NCBI GenBank assembly: GCA_963796925.1
Contig: CAWCNH010000002.1
Span: 339,462 to 403,461, forward strand
Length of the DNA: 64,000 nt
Source: an uncultured Acidobacteriota bacterium
GTDB taxonomy: Bacteria; Acidobacteriota; Terriglobia; Terriglobales; Acidobacteriaceae
Direction of reading: 5' to 3'
Shown here piece by piece: positions 18,556-27,777 of this stretch (positions are counted from its first letter, which is position 1; every line of letters starts with the position of its first letter). The notes below the pieces were generated by a model. It was not told the origin of the DNA. It worked only from the letters and a program-made list of their open reading frames with translations, and did no database searches. Both the position numbers and the translations under genes were made by a program.

Positions 18556-20916
18556 CTAAATCTGAGCAATTCGAAGGCGCAAGTTTTCAAAATGCTTGTT
18601 CTCAATTTGCAGCACGCCCTTTGCATTGGTACGAGATTGGAGAACATCTTTCAACACGCCGGGTAAGGTTGCGCCCTGCGCATCGGAGACATTCAATCCA
18701 CTAAAACTAAGTTCATAGGCAGACTCGGCTTGTAAGCCAGTGAGCAGAAGCGAATCGCATGCCAGTTCGGGCAATGATACTTCCGCGTGATCGACAGCAC
18801 GCCCAGAGGCCCCAAACAACACTACAGGGCCGCTTTCGAAAGCCGCGCCGATCATGCCGCTGCCGTCCACTAGTTTTACTTGCTTTTTACCGGTCGTTCC
18901 CGTTCTTCCAATTTCCAAGACGTGAAGAAAGAAATCTTCTTCCGCCGGCTGGGACGGGGAGACTTCGATGCGCCAACTTCCAGGTACGACATTTTTGCGA
19001 TTTGATCTCTCCATTTTGGTGAGATCCTCTCCCCAAAATGCTTTCCACATGTGCAGCAATCTCGGATCGGTTGGCAGAGGGCCGCCCTCGGCAGGCTCTA
19101 GGGACCAATTTTCACCACTACTCCATGCGCCACCGTGCTCGTCTCCCGGACAATAAAATTCATGCCCACTCCCTCCACGGCGGGTGACAATGCGCTGGCG
19201 CGGCAAAAGAGAATGCACCAGCAACTCTCCTGTCCCATCGTTAAAGCGGAAAGTATTGGCGTCACTGAAATCCTTGGTCCCCGGCTCTTTCCGAGCATCC
19301 TCATCCACGTTTGGCGCGTTGACTCCATGAAGCAGCCAGGATTTTCTGAATTCGGGTTTTGTGCTGACTACGCGATCGAAAACGAAAAGTGAATCTTTGC
19401 CGGGCACATAAACTAGCTCACGTGTAAAGCTGCGCAACTTGTGCCGTGAGTATGCATTGCTGGCGTCCCCCAGGGCGTAGTGGTATTGTCCGGGCACGTA
19501 GTCAATTATCCGCATTGTTCCTAAATCCCAAAGGTCGCGGGTACGCTCCCAGTCTTTAGCATTGCGGATGGTGTTCCAATAGCGCGAGGAATCCATTCGT
19601 TGCCCACCGTCGTTGGCTGCGGGCACAACATTGTCAGACCAGAAGAATTTCTCCTTGGGGTCATACACGAGTACAGAATTGTGAGCGACGGTGCGGCGAT
19701 AGTAGTTCAGGTAATGAGGACTTTCGGTCTCGGTATAGTCGGCACCACTGTCGATCGCCAGGTAGCCGTTGTGGTAGATGGTGAACTGATTTTGATCCAG
19801 ATGCTGATGCTTGGCCAGGTAAGGGCCGCAGTCAAATTCGATCCACGTTGATTCCGGCTTCCATCCGGTCCGCATGACGAGATGTCCCACGCCCGGGAAG
19901 TAACGTTGGCGCGGCAATTCTTGTTCACTTGCCAGCGCGGGATCGCGGGGCGTGACGTCGGGGTCATCCCACAAGAATTGAAGTACCGGGATCACCCATT
20001 TATTGGGCAAGAAACCGCTTTTGCGCAGAAGCCACGCACTATACGGATCTTTGAAGCGATTGACGGAGTATCCGACGACGGCAGTATCTTGCAGGTCGAG
20101 GATGGGGTATTCATTGTCTCCCTCGCGCGAAGGAGTGCCGTCGGGTAACAATTTATAGAGATAAGTGTTGCCAATATTACGGAACACAGAGAACGTCTGC
20201 GCGGGGTCAACTCCTGTGGTGGTGCGTTGCAGTTCGGCAAGCAGGGTCAGCGCAGCCCAGCTGATGCGCATATAATCCAACGATTCGTGGTAACTGCCTT
20301 CGGGGCCGACGAAATTTGTAGTCTCGAGGATATTTTCCAATCCTTGCGAGACCTGTTTGCGCCAAACTTCGCAGCGCGCATTGCATCCTTCATAGCCATC
20401 GACCGCGGCCGAAGCGAATGCAGCCAGCGCCAGATAACGGGTGGCGTAGTTGTGATAGGAAAGCTGACTCGCATCGGAGAAATCTGGGGTCGCAAGCATC
20501 GCTGACGCACCGTCCATCAGCTCATGCGCAACTTGGTCTTTTGAGGTTTGAACAAATCCCGGGTAATCCAACAACCAGTCGAACGCCAGAGCCCACTTCG
20601 CGTAGTCAATCCATACCCGTGAAGGCTTGCCGCTGGGGGTTATGTGCTTGTCTTTCATCTCCGCTAGGGCGCGCTCAGCAAAATCTTTTTGCCGCGTGAG
20701 CTGCCAGGACAAGGCGAGACCTGAGAAGTCGTCCGGTGGGCGATGGCCGGCCGCATAACGCAGCTTGAGAAGATTGAGCCCGGTAAAAGGATCAGATTCT
20801 GCAATCAGTAATCGCGGACGCCGCCGGGATGCAGGCTGCGCGAAAGACCAGGATCGCGCGAAGACGGTTGATGCAGCGAATGCGGCGATAAAATCGCGTC
20901 TCTTCATTTCTCGCAA
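18556..20916 (-). CDS. heparinase II/III-family protein (putative polysaccharide lyase), Tat-exported
   Basis: It has a twin-arginine signal (MKRRDFIAAFAASTVFA). The heparinase II/III-type motif HQHLDQNQFTIYHNGYLAIDSGADY is present. Confidence 0.7.
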   Translation of the reverse strand: MREMKRRDFIAAFAASTVFARSWSFAQPASRRRPRLLIAESDPFTGLNLLKLRYAAGHRPPDDFSGLALSWQLTRQKDFAERALAEMKDKHITPSGKPSRVWIDYAKWALAFDWLLDYPGFVQTSKDQVAHELMDGASAMLATPDFSDASQLSYHNYATRYLALAAFASAAVDGYEGCNARCEVWRKQVSQGLENILETTNFVGPEGSYHESLDYMRISWAALTLLAELQRTTTGVDPAQTFSVFRNIGNTYLYKLLPDGTPSREGDNEYPILDLQDTAVVGYSVNRFKDPYSAWLLRKSGFLPNKWVIPVLQFLWDDPDVTPRDPALASEQELPRQRYFPGVGHLVMRTGWKPESTWIEFDCGPYLAKHQHLDQNQFTIYHNGYLAIDSGADYTETESPHYLNYYRRTVAHNSVLVYDPKEKFFWSDNVVPAANDGGQRMDSSRYWNTIRNAKDWERTRDLWDLGTMRIIDYVPGQYHYALGDASNAYSRHKLRSFTRELVYVPGKDSLFVFDRVVSTKPEFRKSWLLHGVNAPNVDEDARKEPGTKDFSDANTFRFNDGTGELLVHSLLPRQRIVTRRGGSGHEFYCPGDEHGGAWSSGENWSLEPAEGGPLPTDPRLLHMWKAFWGEDLTKMERSNRKNVVPGSWRIEVSPSQPAEEDFFLHVLEIGRTGTTGKKQVKLVDGSGMIGAAFESGPVVLFGASGRAVDHAEVSLPELACDSLLLTGLQAESAYELSFSGLNVSDAQGATLPGVLKDVLQSRTNAKGVLQIENKHFENLRLRIAQI

Positions 20917-20929
20917 TCTAGATTGCTCA

Positions 20930-23900
20930 CTATGGAATAGTTGTTGTCAACACCAGCCGGGTAAAGTGATACGCCAACATGCGGTCAGGAAGCAGCAGGG
21001 CTTTTTGAAATCTCTCTTTTGCTTCCTGCGCTCTTCCTAACTCTTGCTCCAATGCCCCTGCGTTATACATCCACCAGCTTGGATAGGCACTGGTTTCGGT
21101 GCGATTGGCCGCATCGGTCAGAGCGTTCTGCAAGCGGCTTTGCCAGACTCGCTCATCGAAGTTGGGGAGTTTCTGGGCCGACAGAAATGCCCAACGAATC
21201 TGATCGGGACCGGACGCCGATGCTGCCTGCTCAAACTTCGTCTTTGCATTTTCAGCCTTGCCGCAGGTGGAATGAGCCGTACCGAGGAGATAATTTGTCC
21301 GGGCTGAGTTGAGCATCGGTTCCAACCCGTCCTTGGTGAATGCGAGCCCCGGAACCTCGGAGCCCAGATGCTCCGCGGCATTCAGCGCCTCAGTGCAATG
21401 ACTTTGCCTGGCGAGAGCAAGTACGTGTTGAAGTTGAACTTCCACCCATACCTGGCGGACATTGGTTCCCCCTTCTTCGCGCGGGAAAAAGTGATCGCGA
21501 AAAAGGCTATTGGCGCGGTCGAAGTCTCCTGCTTCGGCCAAGTTCAGGATTAACTCGAACATCAGAGCATTCGGTGAGTCCGCAAGCTCCGGATATTGTT
21601 CCAGAGTCTCGATACGTTCGCGTGCCGGACGCCCAAGCAGGCTAAGGGATTGATCCATGCCAAGATAGACTGCGACGTTGGTAGGATCGTCGGTGAGGCC
21701 ATCGCGAAAAGATTCCAAGGCTTTTGCGGGATCGTGCTTGATATGCAGGAGAGCAAGGCCAATATTCGCGTCCAGTACTGGAACTTTGGATCCGGCTTTT
21801 CGTGCCTGCCACCATTCGCTCAGCGCTGCGTCGGTGGCACCATGCGAAAAGTATAGGGTCCCTAACAGGAAATGCGCGGTTGCGTCATCGGGATTTGCCT
21901 GCAACGCCGCCTTCAGGACGGTAAGTTCTTCGGAGGTGCTGGGGAAGATGTACCTGGTGGAGAGAGTGGAAGCCAGCTTGTAGTCCTCTGTCCCCATCTT
22001 GCCCAGCTTTTCTTGGCAATACCCGCGGAAGTATACGACCCGAGGATCCTGCTGAGGAGCCACTGACTCAGGTTCGCTCTGGTCGGCAACCACCGGTGGG
22101 TATTGCCGGGAGAGCACATCCAGCGCCCGCTGATACATGCCGAGACGAATGTATTGCGAGGTGATCTCGAGAACCCGGTTGCCATCATTGGATAGCTGGA
22201 TGAGGTCAGGAGTGCCAAGTTCTTCTTTTAGGAAATTACTTAGAGGGAAGCGGGTGAGGCTGTCTTTAGCCAGGGCCTTTGACTCTGAATTCTTTCCGAC
22301 TGCGCGTCTAACCGCAACCAATTCTTCGCGCACGCGCAGGTCATTGGGAGTCAGAGTGAATGCTTCGTCAAGATATTTCTCCGCACTCCCCAGGTCACCG
22401 GTTCTCGCCAATAATTCGCCCAAACGCAGTGCTGCGGCAGCGTGAAAGGCCGGCAACCGTAATGCCTGTTCATAAGCGCTTTGCGCGTGCTCTGGGTCGC
22501 CCAATCCGTCATAGGCAATACCCAGATAATAGGAAACCTCGGTGTCGGTTGTGTCACGGCTATGGCACACTTCGAGAAAGCCTTTAGCTTCCTCAAATCG
22601 CAGCAGAGCAGCAGCCAACCGCCCCGCGGATTTCTGCGCTGTGAAACTATCCGGGAAGCGGCGCAGCGCCTCCTTATAGATATCGAGTGCCCGAAGAGTT
22701 CGCCCGTTCAACTCATCTTCTTTGCCGGATTCAATCCAATCATCGAAGCTGCGCCTGTCGGGTTCCGGAATGCGATAGCTGTTTTGAGGGCCAACTTTGA
22801 TTTCGGCCTCCGGAGTCCAATCGTAGACACCTTCAGTCTGGCGCAGCAGAGTCGTACCCTTAGCGTCTTTAATCTCGATGCTGTATTTAGTCTGCGAATC
22901 CACGTTAGGAATCTCGTGAGTCCAGGTGCGTTCCGGTGTCAAATCAGCGTTCTCTGCAAAAAATTGCTGGGAGCCGCTAGAAATGGAAATGCTCGCCTTA
23001 GGGATTGGCTGGTTCGCATTGAAGCCGACGACCAGGGTATGGTCGCGGCGAACCAAGCTCGCGACTCCAGCCAAATTGGCGCGCGCGATCCCGCCAATGT
23101 TCCGCACCGGCATCCAGTACTCGCTGAAGGTCAAAGTCTGGCGGGGCTCGAGAAAGGCGTAGGTCTCCTGATTGCGAAACAGGCCAGCCTGCACTTCGAG
23201 ATAACTGCTGTTGTTGTCAGAGAGAGCTTTGCGCCAGTCGAGGCCATCGGCGTCGGCGCCCCATGACCAGATTTTCTTCGCGGGAAGCGCGGCGTAATCA
23301 GCGTAGTGGACCGTGCCCGTATTAGTCTTTGGGTTCCACACGCCCATAAAATTTTCGCGGCTGCCGTAGACAAACTCAGAAACTGGTCCTCGCGTTTGAT
23401 TGCGGAGAATGCTGAGATCAAGACCGTCATCAACGGGCCAGGGGCGAATCTCAGTAAAACCGTGCGAAGCGGCGAATTGCATCGGGTATACGATCTGCGA
23501 GTCATCCCAAGCCTGAATGCCAGCATTGTTCCACCAGTAGAAGCGATGGCGCACATCGCTGCGATTGTTAAGGGTTACGCGTTGCTCAAGCACAGTGGAT
23601 TTGGGCTTTAGAACTAATTCCACCGACCATTCCATCCCATACACGCGGTCCACGTTGCCCACGGTGACGGAAGCACTCCCATCGTTATGCTTCACGAACG
23701 CAAAATTGACCGGCGACATTGTTACCCAGTTGTGCGACACCGGGAAGTTGAATTCAACTCCAAACGCCGCCCATGCCCCACGATTGGATATGGCTGCCTT
23801 TTTGATCGAAGGGTTGGCATAGAACATCGACTGTCCAGAGAGCTTGTCCACGCAGGTATAAAGGTGTCCGCCGATATCGGGCAACACGGAGCATTTCAGG

Positions 23901-24145
23901 TATTCATTTTCAAGATAGAGTGCGCGCCAGTTATGGTTCACTCGGCGACTGGTGAGGTTATTACGCAAAGTATATGGATAGTTGAATCGGTTCGCGGCAA
24001 ACTGATCGAAAGGGGGATTCGGATCAGGCGGGCCTTCTTCGTAAGTAGGGAGGGCGAGGGTGCCTTGCCAGACGCGAACTTGTGCCTGCGCTGACGATGC
24101 CGCTATCGCCAGCGCAATCGTGAGAACCCGCCAATCGATTCGCAT
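20930..24145 (-). CDS. DUF5107 domain protein with C-terminal TPR-like repeats
   Basis: It has a signal peptide. The DUF5107-type N-terminus is WQGTLALPTYEEGPPDPNPPF. The C-terminal half is helical and TPR-like (YYLGIAYDGLGDPEHAQSAYEQALRL and similar). Confidence 0.7.
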   Translation of the reverse strand: MRIDWRVLTIALAIAASSAQAQVRVWQGTLALPTYEEGPPDPNPPFDQFAANRFNYPYTLRNNLTSRRVNHNWRALYLENEYLKCSVLPDIGGHLYTCVDKLSGQSMFYANPSIKKAAISNRGAWAAFGVEFNFPVSHNWVTMSPVNFAFVKHNDGSASVTVGNVDRVYGMEWSVELVLKPKSTVLEQRVTLNNRSDVRHRFYWWNNAGIQAWDDSQIVYPMQFAASHGFTEIRPWPVDDGLDLSILRNQTRGPVSEFVYGSRENFMGVWNPKTNTGTVHYADYAALPAKKIWSWGADADGLDWRKALSDNNSSYLEVQAGLFRNQETYAFLEPRQTLTFSEYWMPVRNIGGIARANLAGVASLVRRDHTLVVGFNANQPIPKASISISSGSQQFFAENADLTPERTWTHEIPNVDSQTKYSIEIKDAKGTTLLRQTEGVYDWTPEAEIKVGPQNSYRIPEPDRRSFDDWIESGKEDELNGRTLRALDIYKEALRRFPDSFTAQKSAGRLAAALLRFEEAKGFLEVCHSRDTTDTEVSYYLGIAYDGLGDPEHAQSAYEQALRLPAFHAAAALRLGELLARTGDLGSAEKYLDEAFTLTPNDLRVREELVAVRRAVGKNSESKALAKDSLTRFPLSNFLKEELGTPDLIQLSNDGNRVLEITSQYIRLGMYQRALDVLSRQYPPVVADQSEPESVAPQQDPRVVYFRGYCQEKLGKMGTEDYKLASTLSTRYIFPSTSEELTVLKAALQANPDDATAHFLLGTLYFSHGATDAALSEWWQARKAGSKVPVLDANIGLALLHIKHDPAKALESFRDGLTDDPTNVAVYLGMDQSLSLLGRPARERIETLEQYPELADSPNALMFELILNLAEAGDFDRANSLFRDHFFPREEGGTNVRQVWVEVQLQHVLALARQSHCTEALNAAEHLGSEVPGLAFTKDGLEPMLNSARTNYLLGTAHSTCGKAENAKTKFEQAASASGPDQIRWAFLSAQKLPNFDERVWQSRLQNALTDAANRTETSAYPSWWMYNAGALEQELGRAQEAKERFQKALLLPDRMLAYHFTRLVLTTTIP

Positions 24146-25351
24146 TTAGACCGTGATTTGCAGCAGCCGGGCAGCGTTGCCGTTGTAGACCTTGCGCAAG
24201 ATTTGGTCGGATAAGTTAATTCCGTAAATGCGCCAGCGGCCCTGGGGCGGAACTTTGGCTGGAGCGTAATCGAAGTATTCATCTTCGGTTTCCAGAAACC
24301 GATAGTAAATTTCGTACAGCTTATTGTTGAAAACCTGTTGGGGGAACGCGTCACCATGGAGCGTCGCGTCGGTTGCGAACACGATCCGGTCCTGATATTT
24401 GTCAAAGAACTTTTTCGAGGTGAACGGTTGGCGGCCGAGTTCGCCGATGCGCGCTGCGATGTCCACATGCATGTTGGGAAAGCGGTCCAGATTTTCGGAC
24501 ACGTTCTGCAAATTTTCCGAGAAGTTACCGCAGTGCAGAGTGACAAATTGGGTTTTCGGGTGCCGCGCGATCACACGATTGCGAGCTTCGATCAGCTCCG
24601 CATTGGAAGGAAAGTCTGCGCCATAAAAGGACCAGTCGGGATGGTTGTTCAACTCTTCGTAACGCTCGTTGAATCGATCAGTCGGCGTGAAGAACGCAAT
24701 CGGGTCAGAAATATGAATCGCTACCGGGATATTTAACTGTCCGCAGGCGTCCCACATCGGATCAAACCGTTTGTCGTCGATTTTGACCAGCGGCCCGGCG
24801 GTGATGTTCTCGCGAAGATACAGTCCAAGCGTTTTAAGAATCTTCAGCCCGCGGGCGCCGTCCCGGTGTGCCTGCTCAATCGCATCACCTTGCAATCTGG
24901 CATAGTTCGAATCTTTGAAAAATTCGTAGGAAGGTTCCGTGAAGGTATAAAAACGCCCGGGGTGGGCGCGATCAAATTTACCGACCGCATCCACCAGGCC
25001 CTTGCCATACCCTCCAGTCAGGTTGACCATGGCGCGCATGTTCTTCGCGTCCATCACCTCGAGGCATTCCTTGGGGGTTCCCAGGTACTCTCGTTCTGCC
25101 GATAACCCGACGCCCTTCGACGATTTCGCAGCACCAGAGATGTGTGTATGGAAATCAATCACCGGGTACTTCGCCCGCTCAATGTGGGTTTCGTGCACCT
25201 GCAGCATGCTCTTGGGCTCATATTCGGAGAGAGCAAGAGGCTTTGGCTTGGCTGGCGCGTTGGCCGCAGCGGCACTTTCTACACCGACGTGGGTGGCGGC
25301 TCCAGCGCCCGCAATAATTCCAACTCCATATAACCATTCGCGGCGATTCAT
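24146..25351 (-). CDS. Tat-exported metal-dependent hydrolase (amidohydrolase-2 type TIM barrel)
   Basis: It has a twin-arginine signal (MNRREWLYGVGIIAGAGAA). The HxH metal motif is VIDFHTHI. Later His and Asp strands are present (VAIHISDP, TLHCGNF, FATDA). Its stop codon abuts the start of the DUF5107 gene. Confidence 0.7.
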   Translation of the reverse strand: MNRREWLYGVGIIAGAGAATHVGVESAAAANAPAKPKPLALSEYEPKSMLQVHETHIERAKYPVIDFHTHISGAAKSSKGVGLSAEREYLGTPKECLEVMDAKNMRAMVNLTGGYGKGLVDAVGKFDRAHPGRFYTFTEPSYEFFKDSNYARLQGDAIEQAHRDGARGLKILKTLGLYLRENITAGPLVKIDDKRFDPMWDACGQLNIPVAIHISDPIAFFTPTDRFNERYEELNNHPDWSFYGADFPSNAELIEARNRVIARHPKTQFVTLHCGNFSENLQNVSENLDRFPNMHVDIAARIGELGRQPFTSKKFFDKYQDRIVFATDATLHGDAFPQQVFNNKLYEIYYRFLETEDEYFDYAPAKVPPQGRWRIYGINLSDQILRKVYNGNAARLLQITV

Positions 25352-25359
25352 CTGCTCTC

Positions 25360-27663
25360 CTAGTTACGGTCTTGTGCGAGTTGCGGAGTAGCAATATCTA
25401 GCGGCTCTTGTTTGCCATTCACCGAGCCGTGCCATACGCTACCTCCGAACGTCGTAATGTAGACCTTATTGTGATCCATTGGGTCGGGGATTACACGCTG
25501 TCCCCACTTAAAATTGAATCCTGGGATACGCGTCCAGCTCAAACCACGATCAGCCGAACGCCATGCCGACGATTCGAATCCGGCTGCGTAAAGGACGTTC
25601 GCGTTTGATGGGTCGATGGTGATGTCATAAATATGACGATCTTTCTCCAGAACCTGCTTCCAATTCTTGCCGGCATCTTCGGAGACGAATATTCCTCCAC
25701 CATCGCCGTGCTGCCCGGCGGCTCGGGCCCACGTTGTGAGATAGAGGCGATTCGAATCGTTGGGATCAATGGCCAAACCGTTGGGTGCGTTGGTTCCTGC
25801 TGGCAGACTTACCGGTTGCCAGTGTTCAGCGCCGTCCGCAGAGCTGTACAGCGCGCCATCGCCTGCATTACCGACGCTGCCATCCTCCGACCGCCGTGCA
25901 ATCAGGACATATAAAGTTCCGTTGGCTGCACGGGACAATCTCCAGGCGAATGGTTCTTTCTGCGTAATGCCATTGTTCTTCAGGCTCCAGGTCTTTCCGC
26001 CGTCCGAGCTCTTGAAAACCCCGTCGCCAAATCCGGCCACATAAAGGACGCGTGCGTCGACCGGACTGGTCGGATCAAGCAAAATGTGCGTGGCAGCCGT
26101 TTCGTCCATTCCGTTATTCGACTTGGTCCAAGTCTTGCCGCCATCCGCACTCATGCAAACGCCGCCTTTATATCGCGTGACGGAAGTGTGCCGCCACATC
26201 TTGGGGCGGGGCAAGTCATGGGTTCCGCTATTCACGCTCCACATTCTTCCGCGCACTTTGGGATCGAAGACAACCCAATAAGTAGTGTTGCGCCATTCGC
26301 GAGGAACCCCCTGCGTAGAGCTGACCCATGAGCCGCCGCCATCTTCGCTCCGAAACAAGCCGATGTCGGTATAGGTGATGAACTGGCGCTTCATATCGAA
26401 TGGATCAAAGTGATAACCGTAGCTGGTGGTCACGTCGAGTCCGTTGCTGGCCCATCCAGCATTATCGACTCTATGCGCGTACTGCGCGGCCCAGGTCTTA
26501 CCTCCGTCCCGTGTAACCATGGTGCGACCGAGGTCGGTTCCGTAGGCGAGGTTGGGGTCCTGATCAGCCACGGTCAAGACCAGCGGATTTTCTCCCCATG
26601 AGGAGCCGAATGTTTTGGTTATCCATGCGTCTTGAATATTCTCGGGCGCAACACCGGCGTTCCCTCCGATGCCCGAGCCCTCTTCTTCATCTGCCCAGTC
26701 TTCCTTCCATGGCAAGGTCCAGGTTTTGGCCGAGTCGCTGGTCTTCGCGACCCCCATCCATATTTTCCCGTCGAGGCTCAGGCGATTGTAAGAGACATAC
26801 GCCACCTCGGGATGACGCAGGCTGGTAGCCACTGCTCGAACATGGCTGCCGTCACCCGGCAAAACTGACTTGCGCCATGTTTCCCCGCCATCGGAGGATA
26901 CAAAAACTCCTTGCTTGGAGGTTGCGTAGACCGTCGGCTGTGGCTCGGATCCGAAGCCGAGAGAAATGTCGTTGGTGTCTTCGGGGACCGTTAACTTGTG
27001 CAAAGTCCCGCCGCGAACGACTGCTAGGGCACGAACACTCCCAAAATAAATTGTCCGCGAATCAGCAGACGATTTCGGATCGATCCATAGACGCCGCGGC
27101 GCGTCAGATAGATTAACCGTTTTCGTCCAACTGTTTCCAGCGTCTTTGGAGACAAAAAGCGCATGGCTGTCTTTCGAACCAGCGGCCGCGTAGAGCTTCT
27201 CCGAATTCGCGGGATCAATGGCGAACGCTGAAATCGTACCCAGAGGGTCGGAATCGACAAGGAGGTCTTCATCGGAGTGATCGGACGCCATCTTCACGCC
27301 CTTCACAGAGGCCGGGTTGGGATAAACCAGGGCCCAGTTTTCTCCGTTGTCAGTACTGCGCCACAAGCCAGTGGCATGCGCGTACATCGTCTTCGAATCT
27401 TTGGGATCGAAGGCGAAAAAGTTTACCACTCCGCGAAGGTTGAACATGCGCCATGATTTGCCGCCATCATGGGTCATATAGGACCCGGTCATATCACAGG
27501 AGATCAGAACTGTATTACCGTCGTGCGGGCTGATCGTGGGATTGAACATAGCCCCGCCGCCGCCGGGCCCGATGATGCGAAACCCGCCCGGCCGCTCAGC
27601 CGCGAACGCGCTGATCGAACATACAAACAGAAGGAGAGCGCTTCGAAGAGAGGGAAGTTTCAT
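25360..27663 (-). CDS. BNR/Asp-box repeat double-propeller protein (GH74-like / sialidase-like)
   Basis: It has a signal peptide and about twelve SxDxGxxW Asp-boxes: THDGGKSW, STDNGENW, SKDAGNSW, SSDGGETW, TRDGGKTW, SEDGGGSW, SADGGKTW, SSDGGKTW, SADGAEHW, SEDAGKNW and others. Confidence 0.75.
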   Translation of the reverse strand: MKLPSLRSALLLFVCSISAFAAERPGGFRIIGPGGGGAMFNPTISPHDGNTVLISCDMTGSYMTHDGGKSWRMFNLRGVVNFFAFDPKDSKTMYAHATGLWRSTDNGENWALVYPNPASVKGVKMASDHSDEDLLVDSDPLGTISAFAIDPANSEKLYAAAGSKDSHALFVSKDAGNSWTKTVNLSDAPRRLWIDPKSSADSRTIYFGSVRALAVVRGGTLHKLTVPEDTNDISLGFGSEPQPTVYATSKQGVFVSSDGGETWRKSVLPGDGSHVRAVATSLRHPEVAYVSYNRLSLDGKIWMGVAKTSDSAKTWTLPWKEDWADEEEGSGIGGNAGVAPENIQDAWITKTFGSSWGENPLVLTVADQDPNLAYGTDLGRTMVTRDGGKTWAAQYAHRVDNAGWASNGLDVTTSYGYHFDPFDMKRQFITYTDIGLFRSEDGGGSWVSSTQGVPREWRNTTYWVVFDPKVRGRMWSVNSGTHDLPRPKMWRHTSVTRYKGGVCMSADGGKTWTKSNNGMDETAATHILLDPTSPVDARVLYVAGFGDGVFKSSDGGKTWSLKNNGITQKEPFAWRLSRAANGTLYVLIARRSEDGSVGNAGDGALYSSADGAEHWQPVSLPAGTNAPNGLAIDPNDSNRLYLTTWARAAGQHGDGGGIFVSEDAGKNWKQVLEKDRHIYDITIDPSNANVLYAAGFESSAWRSADRGLSWTRIPGFNFKWGQRVIPDPMDHNKVYITTFGGSVWHGSVNGKQEPLDIATPQLAQDRN

Positions 27664-27724
27664 CGGTTCCAGCTTTTTTTATATTATCTGTTACTCAGCG
27701 AGCCGAATCATGAAGACCGAAACC

Positions 27725-27759
27725 AGCAGTCGCGGAACACGGATGTGTCCGCGACTGCT
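27725..27759. terminator. long stem-loop between the TBDR gene and the BNR gene (terminator / attenuator / processing site candidate)
   Basis: AGCAGTCGCGGAACAC, loop GGAT, GTGTCCGCGACTGCT. This gives a 15-bp stem with one bulged A. TTTT follows on the plus strand and GGTTTCGG follows on the minus strand. Confidence 0.5.
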
Positions 27760-27777
27760 TTTCCAAGGCCAGAAAAA

